From assembly GCF_018977255.1 (NCBI RefSeq), contig NW_024704744.1, positions 88,660,001 through 88,724,000 of the forward strand: a DNA stretch of 64,000 nucleotides, read 5' to 3'. This document shows, one piece after another, positions 48,798-60,655 of the stretch. The position numbers and the translations under genes are program-made. This stretch comes from Callorhinchus milii (taxonomy: Eukaryota). A model generated the notes under the pieces. It was given only the letters and a program-made list of their open reading frames with translations. It made no database searches and was not told where the DNA came from. Position 1 is the first letter of the stretch. The number at the start of each line of letters is the position of its first letter.

Positions 48798-50132
48798 CTA
48801 GCAGTGTTAAATAACACAACCACCTTTAACTATTTAAAAGGTGAAGCACATGAACATATTCTTTGTACAATCGAAGTACAGTAATGGAGGGCTGCAGCAG
48901 CAATCTCTGCACCATGTTCAAAAATTGACCACTCATTTTTTAAAATTTCTGCCATCAAAGTCATATAACCACACCACAAGCACGTGGTTCTTCTTAAAGA
49001 ATGCAAGTGGTCTGTGTCAGTCTGTGATCAGCCTGGCCTCCCCATGACGCAGAGTTTCGCTGCACAAGTAAACCTCCACTGAAGTCATCTCACCCACAGT
49101 GAAGGATAGCCATCATAAGCATTTTCCTGTTTACATACCAAACCTCCCATGAAAAGCCTGAAGTTTACAATAACTTCTACCCCACCTTATCAGGTTATTT
49201 GAATTGATAATTATGGGATTGCAATCCCCCAGACTGGGGGGGGGGGGGGGGGAGACCAGGCATCTTCACAAGAGGAAGAATCGAAAGAAAATGAAACACA
49301 TTCAACCCTTGTTGGTTTTATTTCCAGTTTTTCTTAGTGCGGCTGTGCAGTCGGTATAGCAAGAACAAATGGCACTTGGAGTGAATGCTGTAGCACTCAA
49401 ACTCAGTGGTGAAGCTGACGAACAGCAGTGCTGGGGGATAAACATCTGCTGCTGTGTTTGGCAATCCAATGTCCGCATCAAACACACCCACAGCTGGTAC
49501 AACACTGGCCAGATAGAAAATAAAGTTTTTTTATTCAGCCCCAACAAGGTGCCTTAACCAATCCACCAGATAAAATTTCAATTTCCCCACCATGTGTCAA
49601 AGCAAGACTAAAATGAGCATTAATGTGGCCTGACCACTCAAACTGAAGTAGTTTAACAGCGCATGTATATATTAGCCAGTCCACTGGCAGGAAGAATAAT
49701 TTCTTCCCATTAACTAGATTCAAACCCAGGTACCAGAGATGCAAAACCATTGTGCTAATCCTATGGTAACAATGAGTATCTTTACTTTCAAACATAGAAA
49801 CCACAGAGTAATTTACAGTCGGAGCCTTAAGTTTTCAATTGTAAATTGAAATGGCTTTCAGGTTCGACTCAACTTTAAAAGCCCCAATAACCCTGTAATG
49901 GAGGACTGCAGTGATAAAGGTCAAAAGATATCCGATTTGAAACGCTGTCAAGTTAAAGTTAGTGTACTGCTGATTCTCTTCCAACAGGTGGCACCATTTG
50001 AAAATTGAGTCCCTTGCAGATTATTATTGCACAGCAAAGGCAATATGCTGTGGAAATATTCTGCAAAGTACTTCTAGTTTTGTTCTCTTACATACATTTG
50101 CTTCCAACATAAAATAAAACACGTGAAGGTAC

Positions 50133-50213
50133 CTGGAGGTGGCAAGTAGCCGTGGAAGAGAACACTGCCACACGACGAGCGTTCCAGTTCCTCACACAGC
50201 AGCAGGCGACGTA
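50133..50213 (-). CDS. KCTD3: KCTD3 exon 6
   Basis: 81 nt, phase 1-1; [27 protein letters not shown]. Confidence 0.96.
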
Positions 50214-50513
50214 CTAGTAAAAGAAATAATAAACTCGGGAGATGCTGGCTTTTACATATTGCAACCTTTAAACAATAGACCACAACAACCCTCTTCATGC
50301 AAAAGATAACCCAAGACAAGTCCGCCAACAAACGCATTACTTTCAAACAGATTGTGTCACACATGATAGAATATCATCTCCCTCCATTCCAAGTGTAAAA
50401 AGCCAACTCCTAAACACATTCAATCCCATAGTACATTCAATCCCAAGAATCCAAAAACCAGAAACCAAAAACCAAAATATTTAACCTAAAAATACTTGCA
50501 TATTATGGGTTCT

Positions 50514-50998
50514 AATACATTAGAATACATTAGAATATACAGCACAGAAACAGGCCATTCGGCCCAACTAGTCTATGTGTTTATGCTCCACATGAGCTTT
50601 CTCCTGCCCTTTTTCAACTAAGCCTTCAACCATAACCTTCTATTCCTTTCTCCCTCATGTACCTCTCTAGCTTCCCCCTAAATACATCTACGGTATTTGC
50701 CTCAACAACTCCATGTGGTAGCATGTTCCACATTCACACTCTGTGTGAAGAAATTTCGTCTAACTTCCCTATTTGATCTATTTGTGACTATTTTATTTTG
50801 ATGGCCCCTGGTCTTGGCGTTCCCCACAAGTGGAAACATCTTCCCTATGTCTACCCTATCAAAACCTTTCATCATTTCAAAGACCTCTATCAGGTCACTC
50901 CTTACCCTCCTCTTTTCAAGAGAAGAGTCCAAGCACGTTCAGGCATTCCTGAAAAGTATAACCTCTCAGTTCTCAGATCATCCTTGTGAATCTCCTTT
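50514..50998 (-). mobile_element. CR1 3-prime fragment (second family)
   Basis: SLEKRRVRSDLIEVFEMMKGFDRVD...TRGHQNK...RRNFFTQ. Confidence 0.9.
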
Positions 50999-51670
50999 GC
51001 AATAATAAAGGAATTTAGTTCTAAGAAAATAGTTACATACTGTAAAAAATATATAAATCATCCCAAACTACAGATAACAGCTTACTCATTTATTTTAATA
51101 AACTTTATTTTGTTCCAATGGCTCACTGTCCCTATTAGCAGCATCTGAATCTGGGATCTGGAATTTGTCTCAGTAATGCATCATTTGAGTTTCATTGCAA
51201 ACTCAAGACTGCATGCAAAATATGGAGTACTGCAGATTCCCATGGGGGTAGATATAGCCTTCCATCTGTTAAAGCATTTATGGTTAAGCCAGGCTTGCTG
51301 AGATTGATGGTGGGTGAACTTCCACACATTAAAAAAAAGGATACATTTCTATCGCTCTCAGCTGCTTATTTGAAAGTTGGCTCTTGCTATCTCTGCTAAC
51401 CATATTAGAATTCAGAGACCATATGTTAGAACAGAGATGAATAACAAAATATCTTCCTGCCTGCATACACCGCAATGTTAAAGGGAAACTTTAATCCTTA
51501 CGTAAGTGTTGGAAATCACAAGGCTTGGATAATGGCTTTTAAATGTATTAGCTGCTTAAAGGCTGCCACTTAGGTACAACAGAGCAAATAGTTGGTGAGG
51601 ATGGAACTGCAAAGAAGGTACGGAAGAGATTAATTCTATTTGATTGCAATACTAGGGGGCAGAATGGATG

Positions 51671-53327
51671 AACAACAACAACAACTTGGATTTATATAGC
51701 ACCCTCCACGCTGGACGGCGTCTCAGAGCGCTTCACAGTAACGGATCCCGGGGCCGAGCCAGGGGGAGGGGAGGAAGGTGACCAAAGGCGCGGTTGAAAA
51801 GAAAGGTCTTCGGTTGAGCCCTGAAAATAGGAAGCGAGGGGGTGAGGCGAAGGGAATGAGGAAGGCAGTTCCAGAGCCTCGGGGCGTAGTGGCTGAAGGC
51901 ACAGCCGCCGAGGGTGGAGCGGAGGGCTCGGGGGATGAGGAGGAGGCCAGACCTGGTGGAACGAAGGCAATGGGCACTATTTTGAGGAGAGAGGAGGTCA
52001 GAGAGGTGGGGGTGTGCAGAAGAGTGGAGGGATTTGAAGACAAGGGTGAGGATCTTGAAGTCGATCCTCTCTGGGACAGGCAACCAGTGCAGTCTGGCAA
52101 GGACTGGGGCAATCAGGGAGCAGAGTTTCATGCGGGTGAGAATGCGGGCGGCAGAGTTTTGAATGATTTGGATTTTATGGATGTAGTGGATAGGCATGGA
52201 CCAGGGTTTCAGCGGCTTTCAGAGAGAGGTATTGGCGGAGGCGGGCGATGCTTCAGAGGTGGAAGAAGGCGGTGCTGGTGAGGGACCGGATGTGGGGGAG
52301 GAAGGATAGTGTGGAGTCCTGTAGCTCAGTGGTTAGAGCACTCGCTTTGCAAGTGAGAGACCTGAGTTCAATTCCAGGCAGGGCGAAACCTTGGGCAAGT
52401 TTCCTTACTCCACACGCCTAGTAATAATCTCTCCAAAAAAACAATAATAAATTGGTCATTTTCAATCCACGACTGTTTGTGGGACATTGCTGTGCGCAAT
52501 TGGCTGCCACGTTCGCCCACAAATATACAGTCAATTCACTTTACAGTATATTCTGTGAAGTGCTTTGGGACGTCTAGAAGATGTGAAAAGCGCTATATTA
52601 AATGCAAGGATTATTATTATTAGTTGGGGGTCGAATCTGATGCCTAGGTTGGTTACGGGTTCAGAGAGTTTTAGGGTTGAGGTCGGGTAGGTGGAGGAGG
52701 TGAGAACAGTGAGATTTTAGACGTTGATGAGAGCCAAAGAGTATGGCTTCCGTCTTGTCAACGTTCAGCTGAAGGAAATTTGTGCTCATCCAGCCTCTGA
52801 GGTCTGACAGGCAGGCTGACAGAACATCAGGCGACAAAGAGAAGTGCAAAGAGAGGAGGAAAAATAGAGTTGGGTGTCATACATGTGGAAGTGCACCCCA
52901 TGTCTGCGGATGACATCTCCAAGAGTAAGCATGTAGATCAGAAAGAGGAGGGGGCCAAGGATGGATCCTTGGGGTACCCGGCAGGTAACCCGGTGAGAAC
53001 GGGAGGAGAAGCCGTTGCGCAGATGTACTGCTGCTGGTTTGTGAGGTAGGACTCGAACCAAGCGAATGCAGTTCCACCGAGGTGGATGACGGAGGAAAGG
53101 CGGTGGAGGAGGATGGCATGATCGACTCTGTCAAACGCGGGGAGAGGTCCAGGAGTACAAGGAGGCAGAAGGAGCCCTGGTCACAGATAGAGAGGATATA
53201 ATTTGTGGTTTTCACAAGCGCAGTCTCTGTACTGTGGGCAGAGCGGAAACCGGACTGGAGGGGTTCGAAGAAGGAGTGGGCGAAGAGGTATGAGCGGAGT
53301 TGATTTGCAACAACGCGTTCTGGGACC
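51671..53327 (-). mobile_element. 5-prime-truncated L2 LINE interrupted by a SINE
   Basis: [53 protein letters not shown]; (TTG)n tail. Confidence 0.93.
52310..52621 (+). mobile_element. Full-length tRNA-Ala-derived SINE nested in L2
   Basis: Near-identical to the 14638 copy; splits the L2 motif gaaggatag/tgggggtcgaa with a short TAG(T) duplication. Confidence 0.94.
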
Positions 53328-53592
53328 TGAATGCTCTGAAGAGCAAGCCTGTAATAGGGATTAAAACACAAATGGATAATATTTATTAACTGTGAGTTAT
53401 CTTTTCCCCAACATATTGAAGTTCCCCTTTATTGGAAGCAGGAATGACTGAGTGATTGATACCCGATGGAAATAGTGGATACAGTTTGTTATCAATACTT
53501 TGATTTCATTTAAAAAATAGAGCCTAAATCAGTCAAAAACATCAGAAGCTCTCTCACACGACAGCAAGTGGATAAGTAGAGGCAAATCCTAC

Positions 53593-53651
53593 CTAAAGGA
53601 GTAATCCCATAAAATTCAGCTTCATGTCTCAGAACATTAATGTTCACTCCC
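53593..53651 (-). CDS. KCTD3: KCTD3 exon 5 (BTB)
   Basis: 59 nt, phase 2-1; [19 protein letters not shown]. Confidence 0.95.
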
Positions 53652-54401
53652 CTGCAATTCAGAAAAACTACAAGTAATCAGACAGATTATAACAATCATT
53701 TTCCATTTAAAACAGTTCAAAATCGAAGTCAAACAAAATAGCTTTCCTAATGGTTGTTTTAACTATTTGTTTTATCAATTTAAGTATACAGATCTTCAGA
53801 TTGAAGAGATTACTGGATTAAAGATTCATATCCTTAAAATAAAGGACATAATATGCATAGGGAAGAGTACTTACTCCTGATGTGTACTAGGTAGGCAAGG
53901 AATTGATTTATAAGAATCGTAAATTAGATCCTTCTAACCCTAAATAGTTTCACCACAGATTAACATTTCACCCTGGTGTAGTTGGGGATGCTTTTCCAAA
54001 ATTAGAATCATTTACTTTATTCTCTACCTGAAGCAAAGCAATTCTGATTCAAGCTCGAGTCTTTCGGAGGAATTGTTCAGAAACCAGCAATGCTCAATAA
54101 TCCTAAGTGAATCTGCTTAGGCCAGAGGTGAATGGTTAAATCTAGCAGTGAATTCTTATATAGTTGCAAGCAAGACTGAGCACTACATTTTATCTAGAAG
54201 GAATTTGAACAGTACCACTTGATTATATGAAAAAATGTTTTATAGATTTGAGAAATGTTATGACTTACAAATACTTTGGAATACTCATGTCCTTGTGCCA
54301 GGAGATCTAACTGGAACGTCATTTTAGGAGAGAAAGGGGAGAATGTACTGGTGCTGATTCAGATTACAGCAAAGATGCCAATTGTACAAACAGCTTCTTA
54401 C

Positions 54402-54475
54402 CTTAAATCTAATTCCTTTGTTCGAAGAAAATTCAGAATTGGTGCAAATGCTGTAGGATCCCGGTCAATAAATAT
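54402..54475 (-). CDS. KCTD3: KCTD3 exon 4 (BTB)
   Basis: 74 nt, phase 0-2; IFIDRDPTAFAPILNFLRTKELDL (T1/BTB signature FIDRDP...ILNFLR). Confidence 0.96.
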
Positions 54476-54971
54476 CTATGAGGGGGTAAAATATGTTGTA
54501 ATAGCAATAATTCCTTGTATTTGAACAGTATCAAAATGTATCAATTTTTAAGTGAGTACGTAATTCTGCAGGTTTAAAGTAAATGACTTAACAAGGCTTA
54601 ATGTTACACAGCAGTAGTGAGTGGAGCATGGGGAGGGAGCAGAGGATCAACAAGTCCTCTTTTCTCTCCCCTTTCTTTCTTTCTTTCTTTTCTATCCCAA
54701 ATACATGAAGCAGGAGCATTCAAAAGAAATTCTGCTGTAAGGTTCTCGTCTCTATGCAAAGAGAGTGACCCAAAGTTTGACCAGAGGTCAACATTTTTTT
54801 GTAGCCTGGGCACATGTGCACTTTTTTCAAACTACTCCAGAAGAAATATCAAGAAAATTCTTTCACTCTTTAATTGTTTAAATACAAATTTCTCAAAAGC
54901 AATTACTGACAAAAGTTTTACAATTACGGCAACTTACTACAAAAAAGTTACTTGAGTTATATTGCACTCTC

Positions 54972-54985
54972 CCACTAGATGGCAG
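54972..54985 (+). promoter_or_regulatory. Candidate CTCF site
   Basis: CCACTAGATGGCAG matches the CTCF core consensus CCASYAGRKGGCRS. Confidence 0.5.
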
Positions 54986-55159
54986 TGTCAGACACAGCAA
55001 AATCACATACTGGATGAAAGAAGGGAATAACATGTTTTTCTTTCAGATCTAGCTGCAGAATTGATTACATCTTTCTCAATGAGCATTTGTTTCATATTCC
55101 AGATGGGAGTAACATAGCTTCATGACTCAAGGACGTCTGATACTCAAATTTAACAGCTT

Positions 55160-55340
55160 TAATAATTCGGTCATTCAATCCACAACTGTTTGTGGGACAC
55201 TGCTGTGCGCAATTGGCTGCCACGTTTCGCCCACAAAATATATAATCAAATCACTTTACAGTATATTCTGTGAAGTGCTTTGAAATGTCTCAAAGACATG
55301 ATAAGGCGCTACATCAAATGCAAGGATTATTATTATTATT
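55160..55340 (+). mobile_element. SINE 3-prime half
   Basis: ggtcattcaatccacaactgtttgtgggacac...caaatgcaaggattattattattatt. Confidence 0.88.
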
Positions 55341-55959
55341 AAGAAGCTCAGCAAGTCAAGGAGTAAACAACTCACTGTGCAGGACACCTGCTCTCTATTC
55401 CACCCAGACAGCAGTGCCTACTGGGGCAAGTAGCCACATTAAGAATTAAGTGAGCAAAAAAGGAAAGAACCACTTTTCATCGAAACATTCTGATGGTTGT
55501 GGCATATATGTGGCATATATATAAAGCCACCTTGCTTTCCTGATCAATTACCTGCCTCCAGCCAAAACTGTATCACACTTATCAGATTCTGACACTTGAT
55601 TATGCAACATACCATAATAATGATTTACACCCATCAAAAAGAAGCCAATTTTAGTGGAAGCAAAATCGATCACACTGTCTCTTGTGTGTCTTCACCTCAC
55701 CACAAACTTCCACACTGACTACTTCCACACTGATCTACCCAAAAGGAATATGAGGTTTAATGATTTCCACCATCATTCAGTCGAACTAACCATGAGTAAA
55801 TGTGCACACTTAAAGTCTCAAGTTCATTATCATTAAAAAATGGTCTTTTAAGTAACCCAAATTCACCATCAAAGGGCACCACTTCTACAACCCAGTTGTA
55901 GATATTCCCAGTTCAATGCACTTTATAACTTCAATTAACATCCTCTCTTACCATAACAA

Positions 55960-56230
55960 TGGCAAGCTATGCGGCTTTAGCTGGTTAGACTTCAGCAGTA
56001 CCCCCAAAACACACTCTGGGGTCCCCCAAGCCTTGGCACTTGCCAACCTGCGCCTAATACTTTCCAGAATTAGGTAAGCAGGGTGTGTCCTTCCAGGGAG
56101 TGAGTGCGCATTCCATTGCAACAATCTATCTCTGGGATTTCCATATGTAGGTGGGATGCATGGAAATCGCAGCTTGATTTGGATACTCTTAAGCATGGTG
56201 ATGGGTTTCTGCATGTGACAGACACCTGGT
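55960..56230 (+). repeat. Unclassified dispersed repeat, copy 3
   Basis: aagctatgcgg...gagtgcgcattccatt...tttggatactcttaagcat shared with copy 1. Confidence 0.8.
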
Positions 56231-56262
56231 TGACTAAAAAAAATCTTAGCATAACATTACTT

Positions 56263-56563
56263 TGGAGTCCTGTAGCTCAGTGGTTAGAGCACTTGCCTCA
56301 CAAGCGAGAGACCTGTGTTAGATTCCCAGCAGGGAAAAACCTTGCGCAAGTTTCCTTACTCCACATGCCTGATAATAATCCCTCAAGAAAAAAAACAATA
56401 TTAAAGTGGTCACTTCAATCCTTGACTGTTTGTGGGACACTGCTGTACGTAATTGGCTGTTGCATTTTGTCCACAAATATACAGTCAATTCACTTTACAG
56501 TCTATTCTGAGACGTCTAGAAGATGTGAAAAGCGCTGTATCAAATGCAAGTATTATTATTATT
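56263..56563 (+). mobile_element. tRNA-Ala-derived SINE, more diverged copy
   Basis: ggagtcctgtagctcagtggttagagcac head; (TTA)n tail. Confidence 0.9.
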
Positions 56564-56953
56564 GTGCTTGAACCTGCTCAGGATAAAAAGAACACAGGAC
56601 AGCACTCCTTGCGTATCTACCAGTTCCTTGTGACATCAGCCATCTTTCATTCCTGAAGTACATTCAACATAAGTTACTCACTATTCAATGAGAGGGGAGA
56701 AAATATAGAAGTTCTTCTCTTAAGCCATAAAATAATAACTATACTTTACAAAATATCCTGTGTAGCGTGCTTTGAAACGTCCTGCTGATGTGAGAGGTGC
56801 TATACAAAATCTAAGGATTACTATTACATCACAATTCCAATGTATACTACCACTAATTAAGACTACCTGGACTTACGTACAAGGTCTGCCTGTACAGTAA
56901 AAGTATTTAGTTTAAACATAGCAAAATTTGGAAAAATTATGGCATTGTGAATG

Positions 56954-57782
56954 ACAACAACAAAAACTTGCACTTATATAGCACCCTCCAAGCAATATAG
57001 TGTCTCAGAGCGCTCATCAATGGCGGAGCCTGACTCCAAGCTGGAGGGGAGACAGGGAGATGACCGTGAGCACGGTCGAAAAGGAAGATTTTAAGGCAGG
57101 ACTTAGGAGAGAGGAGGCAAGATTGAGGGAGAGTGTTCCACAGTTTTGGAGCGTAGTGGCTGAAAGCGCGACCTCCAATGGTAGGGCAGAGAGTGCGAGG
57201 GATGAACAGGAGGTCGGTGCCAGTCGACCAGCGACGCCAGGTGGTGGATTGGGAAGTGAGGAGTTTGGAGAGGTAGGGAGCTGCCACGGAGTGAACCAAT
57301 CTGAACACGAGTGGGGGGGTCTTGAAGTCGATCCGTTCAGTGACGGAGAGCCAGTGGAGCCTGACCAGAACTGGCGAGATGTGGGTATGGAGTTTGGTCC
57401 GGGTCAGTATGTGGCAGCAGTTCTAAATGAGCTGGAGTTTTTGAATAGTGAAGCTGGGGAGATCATCGAGGAGTGCATTTGAGTAATCCAGGCAGGAGGT
57501 GACAAACACATGCACGAGGGTTTCAGCTGCATTTGGGGAAAGGTACGGTCGGAGATGGGCAATGTAGCGGAGGTGGAGGAAGGCGGTCCTGGTCAGGGAC
57601 AGAATGAGGGGGAGGAAGGACAGCTGGGGGTCGAACCAGATGCCTAGATTGTACACTGGTTCGGTGAGTCTGAGGGAGAGACCAGTGATGTTGAGGAGTT
57701 TAGATCCGCAGGAGTGAAGACAATGACGGGAGCCAAAGAGTATGGCTTCCGTCTTGTCCACATTCAGCTGCAGGAAGTTGGG
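56954..57782 (-). mobile_element. 5-prime-truncated L2 LINE
   Basis: [48 protein letters not shown]. Confidence 0.92.
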
Positions 57783-58149
57783 GTGCCTGGAGCATAGAAA
57801 AAATGAGCAGTATTCTGACCTCTCACTTACAACTTTATGACTCGGAAAGATAGCAAACTCTAGAATAAATGTTACAATACAGAATTACAAAAGCTGAAAT
57901 CTTGATAATCTTTACATGAAACAATCCTTTGGACAACTTTAAGTAGGAATGGTCCTGTATATAAAAAATATATATTTTTGCAAAATAATGTTTGCTGAGT
58001 CCAGTAGGATACTTTTCCTATCACCTATTTACAGAGAAGCTGTAATAATAACTTGCATTTATAAAGTACCTTTCACGTAAAATAAATGCCTCAAAGCCCT
58101 TTGTAAAGTAAAATTGTTTAAGAATGGGTGAACAATGCTTTTTTTAGAA

Positions 58150-58900
58150 GGGGAGAGATTGGAATGGTTAGCGTCCAGAGGGACTTGGGTGTCCTTGTAC
58201 ACCAATCACAGAAAGTTAGTCTGCAGGTGCAGCAGCAATTAGGAAGGCGAACGGTATGTTTGCATTCAGTATGAAAGGATTAGAGTATAAGAGTAGGGAA
58301 GTCTTGCTGTAACTGTATAGAGCCCTGGTGAGACCACACCTGGAATACTGTGTCCAGTTTTGTTTTCCTCATTTAAGGAAGGACATACTTGCCTTGGAGG
58401 GGGTGCAGCGTAGATTTACTAGGTTAGTACCAGGGATGAAGGGGATGAGTTACGAGGATAGGCTGACCAATTTGGGCCTATATTCTCTAGAATATAGAAG
58501 AATTAGAGGGATCTTATTGAAACCTATAAGATCATCAAAGGGCATGATAGAGTAGACAGTGGGAGATTGTTTCCCCTGGTTGGAGAAACTAAAACCAGGG
58601 GTCACAACCTTAAAATCAGAGGCAGCCCTTTCGCACTGAGTTGAGGAAGAATTTCTTCACTCAAAGGGCGGTGAATGTATGGAACTCACTACCCCAAAGG
58701 GCTGTTGACGTTCAGTCCTCGAACATATTCAAGACTGAGATAGATAGATTTCTTATTGCTAAAGGGATTAAGGGATATGGGGATGAGGCAGGGTTGGGTT
58801 ATTAGCTGGAATTAGATTAGAAGATCAGCCATGATTGAATGGCGGGGCAGGCTCGAAGCGCCGAATGGCCTACTCCTGCTCCTACATGTTATGTTATGTT
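58150..58900 (+). mobile_element. 5-prime-truncated CR1 LINE (same family as 7229), frameshifted
   Basis: RPHLEYCVQF...[19 protein letters not shown]; (ATGTT)n tail. Confidence 0.94.
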
Positions 58901-59198
58901 AATCTGCATCAACAAACTCCCATAAACAATGAGTGACCAGATAATCTGAATTTGGGATTAAGGAGAGGAGGGGGAATATAAACCAACATTGACTCGGAAG
59001 CAGGGAATGGCGAGTGCCTGGAGCAACCCAATACAGCAAAACAATGCGCAGAATTCTGACCTCTGACTTACAACTTTACGACTTACTGGGAAAGACTGCT
59101 TTCAAAACACAAAGCAAATGTAAAACAGTGCACTCCTATAGAGATCAATGAAAAAAAGTCTTTAAAAATTTAAAAATTAACCAAAAGTATCAACGTAC

Positions 59199-59244
59199 CG
59201 CTCCAGTTTCATCACGTAGTGTTGAGATTCTCCCACTCAGCAAG
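59199..59244 (-). CDS. KCTD3: KCTD3 exon 3 (BTB)
   Basis: 46 nt, phase 2-0; LLSGRISTLRDETGA. Confidence 0.94.
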
Positions 59245-59544
59245 CTAGAACAGACATTAGCAAATGGTTATTTTGAAGGTCAGTTATATCTGAATAGTGT
59301 TGAACAGTGGGGACAGTTTGTAAAGAGGATGAATGGTCCTCTTGTGCTTTTAATTCAAGTTCAGTCTCCAAACCCACAAATTGAATGGCAGCGATACCAG
59401 CTACAAGAAGGTGTCTAATTTCAATTTTTCTGTGTGCGCATTTATACTAATCCTTGCATTTGATAATCCTTGCCTTTCCCATTGGACATGGCTGGGTTAT
59501 GCCTTCACTGACAGTCACATATTCCAATAGTATTCCAATATTGC

Positions 59545-59670
59545 AATAATAATAATCCTCGCATTTGAAATAGCACCTGATTACATCTTAGAGCCATCTT
59601 AAAGCCCTTCACAGAATATACTGTAAAGTGAATTGACTGGATATTGCGCACAGCGGTGTCCCACAAACAG
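59545..59670 (-). mobile_element. SINE 3-prime fragment
   Basis: aataataatcctcgcatttg...ttcacagaatatactgtaaagtgaattgactg. Confidence 0.8.
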
Positions 59671-60097
59671 GATGGTAAATAAACTGAGTAGCAATAGTGA
59701 ATATAAAATTGGATTGTTCCAGATCTAGAAAAATGTCCCATTGAGTTACTCGGGATAAAAGAATAACATGAAACACTTTGTTTCCAACAGAATAAACACT
59801 CATAATGGGCAAGGTTAAAGCTCAGATCATACAGCAACATCTTAACTCATTACTACTGCTGAGAATTTCAGGAATTTCCATTGTGTCAACAGCTGATTGG
59901 TCTAATTTGATGAGAAAAAGCCATTGTATGATTTTGGATCTGAGCCTTTCTGAAGTATGTACAGCCTAAACCTACTTACTACACACAATGCTCAGATATT
60001 CGAGTTGCATTTGAAACTTCAGAAATCAACAACTACTACTTGCATTTATACGGCACCCTTCACGTGGGGTAGCATCTGGGGTCGCTATCAATCTTAC

Positions 60098-60151
60098 CTT
60101 GAGAAGAAGGAGTCTGGAATCCACATTAGTGTTTGTCTTGAGGTGCTGAAC
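60098..60151 (-). CDS. KCTD3: KCTD3 exon 2 (BTB); exon 1 not found in window
   Basis: ggttctag|GTTCAGC...TCAAG|gtaaga; 54 nt, phase 2-2; FSTSRQTLMWIPDSFFS. Confidence 0.94.
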
Positions 60152-60440
60152 CTAGAACCACAGAAAATAAAGCGACAATATTTTAATGCTTTTGCCCAGG
60201 ACCAATAGTTTGCAAACACATTCCATGAGGATAGATTACACACAGGGTTTCTGAATTGTTTATGAATCTGTTTTGAGAGGTTATTTTTTTTAGCATTTTT
60301 AAAGCAATTTTAATTTTGAAGCGTTTATATTCAGAGTTTTTAGCGCTCTCGTTAGTGTAGTGAGAAGATATGCCTGTGCACATGGACGGGAAAGAGGTTC
60401 CCTCACACATGGGCAGTGTCTCCCTCCTATCAAACGCTCC

Positions 60441-60655
60441 ACAACAACAACTTACATTTATATAATGCCTTTCACGCAGGGTGGCGTCTCGGAGTCTGAC
60501 CCCAAGCCAGGGGGAGAGGGAGGAGGAGGTGACCATAAGCAGAATCAAAAAGTAAGGTCTTCAGGTGGGAATTGAAAATGGGAAGGCGAAGGGATTGAGG
60601 GAGGAAGTTCCAGAGCTTCGGGGTGCTGTGGCTGAAAGATCGGCTGCTGATGGTT
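60441..60655 (-). mobile_element. L2 3-prime fragment
   Basis: (CAA)n then cttacatttatataatgcctttcacg; gagg aagttccagagcttcggggtgctgtggctgaa matches the 51671 copy. Confidence 0.8.

Noticed and set aside
56871-56905. Possible KCTD3 microexon (ttttactgtacag|GCAGACCTTGTAC|gtaagt, - strand)
   Set aside because: The first AG gives 13 nt (frameshift); an in-frame 9-nt form needs the second AG. It shows such patterns can arise by chance
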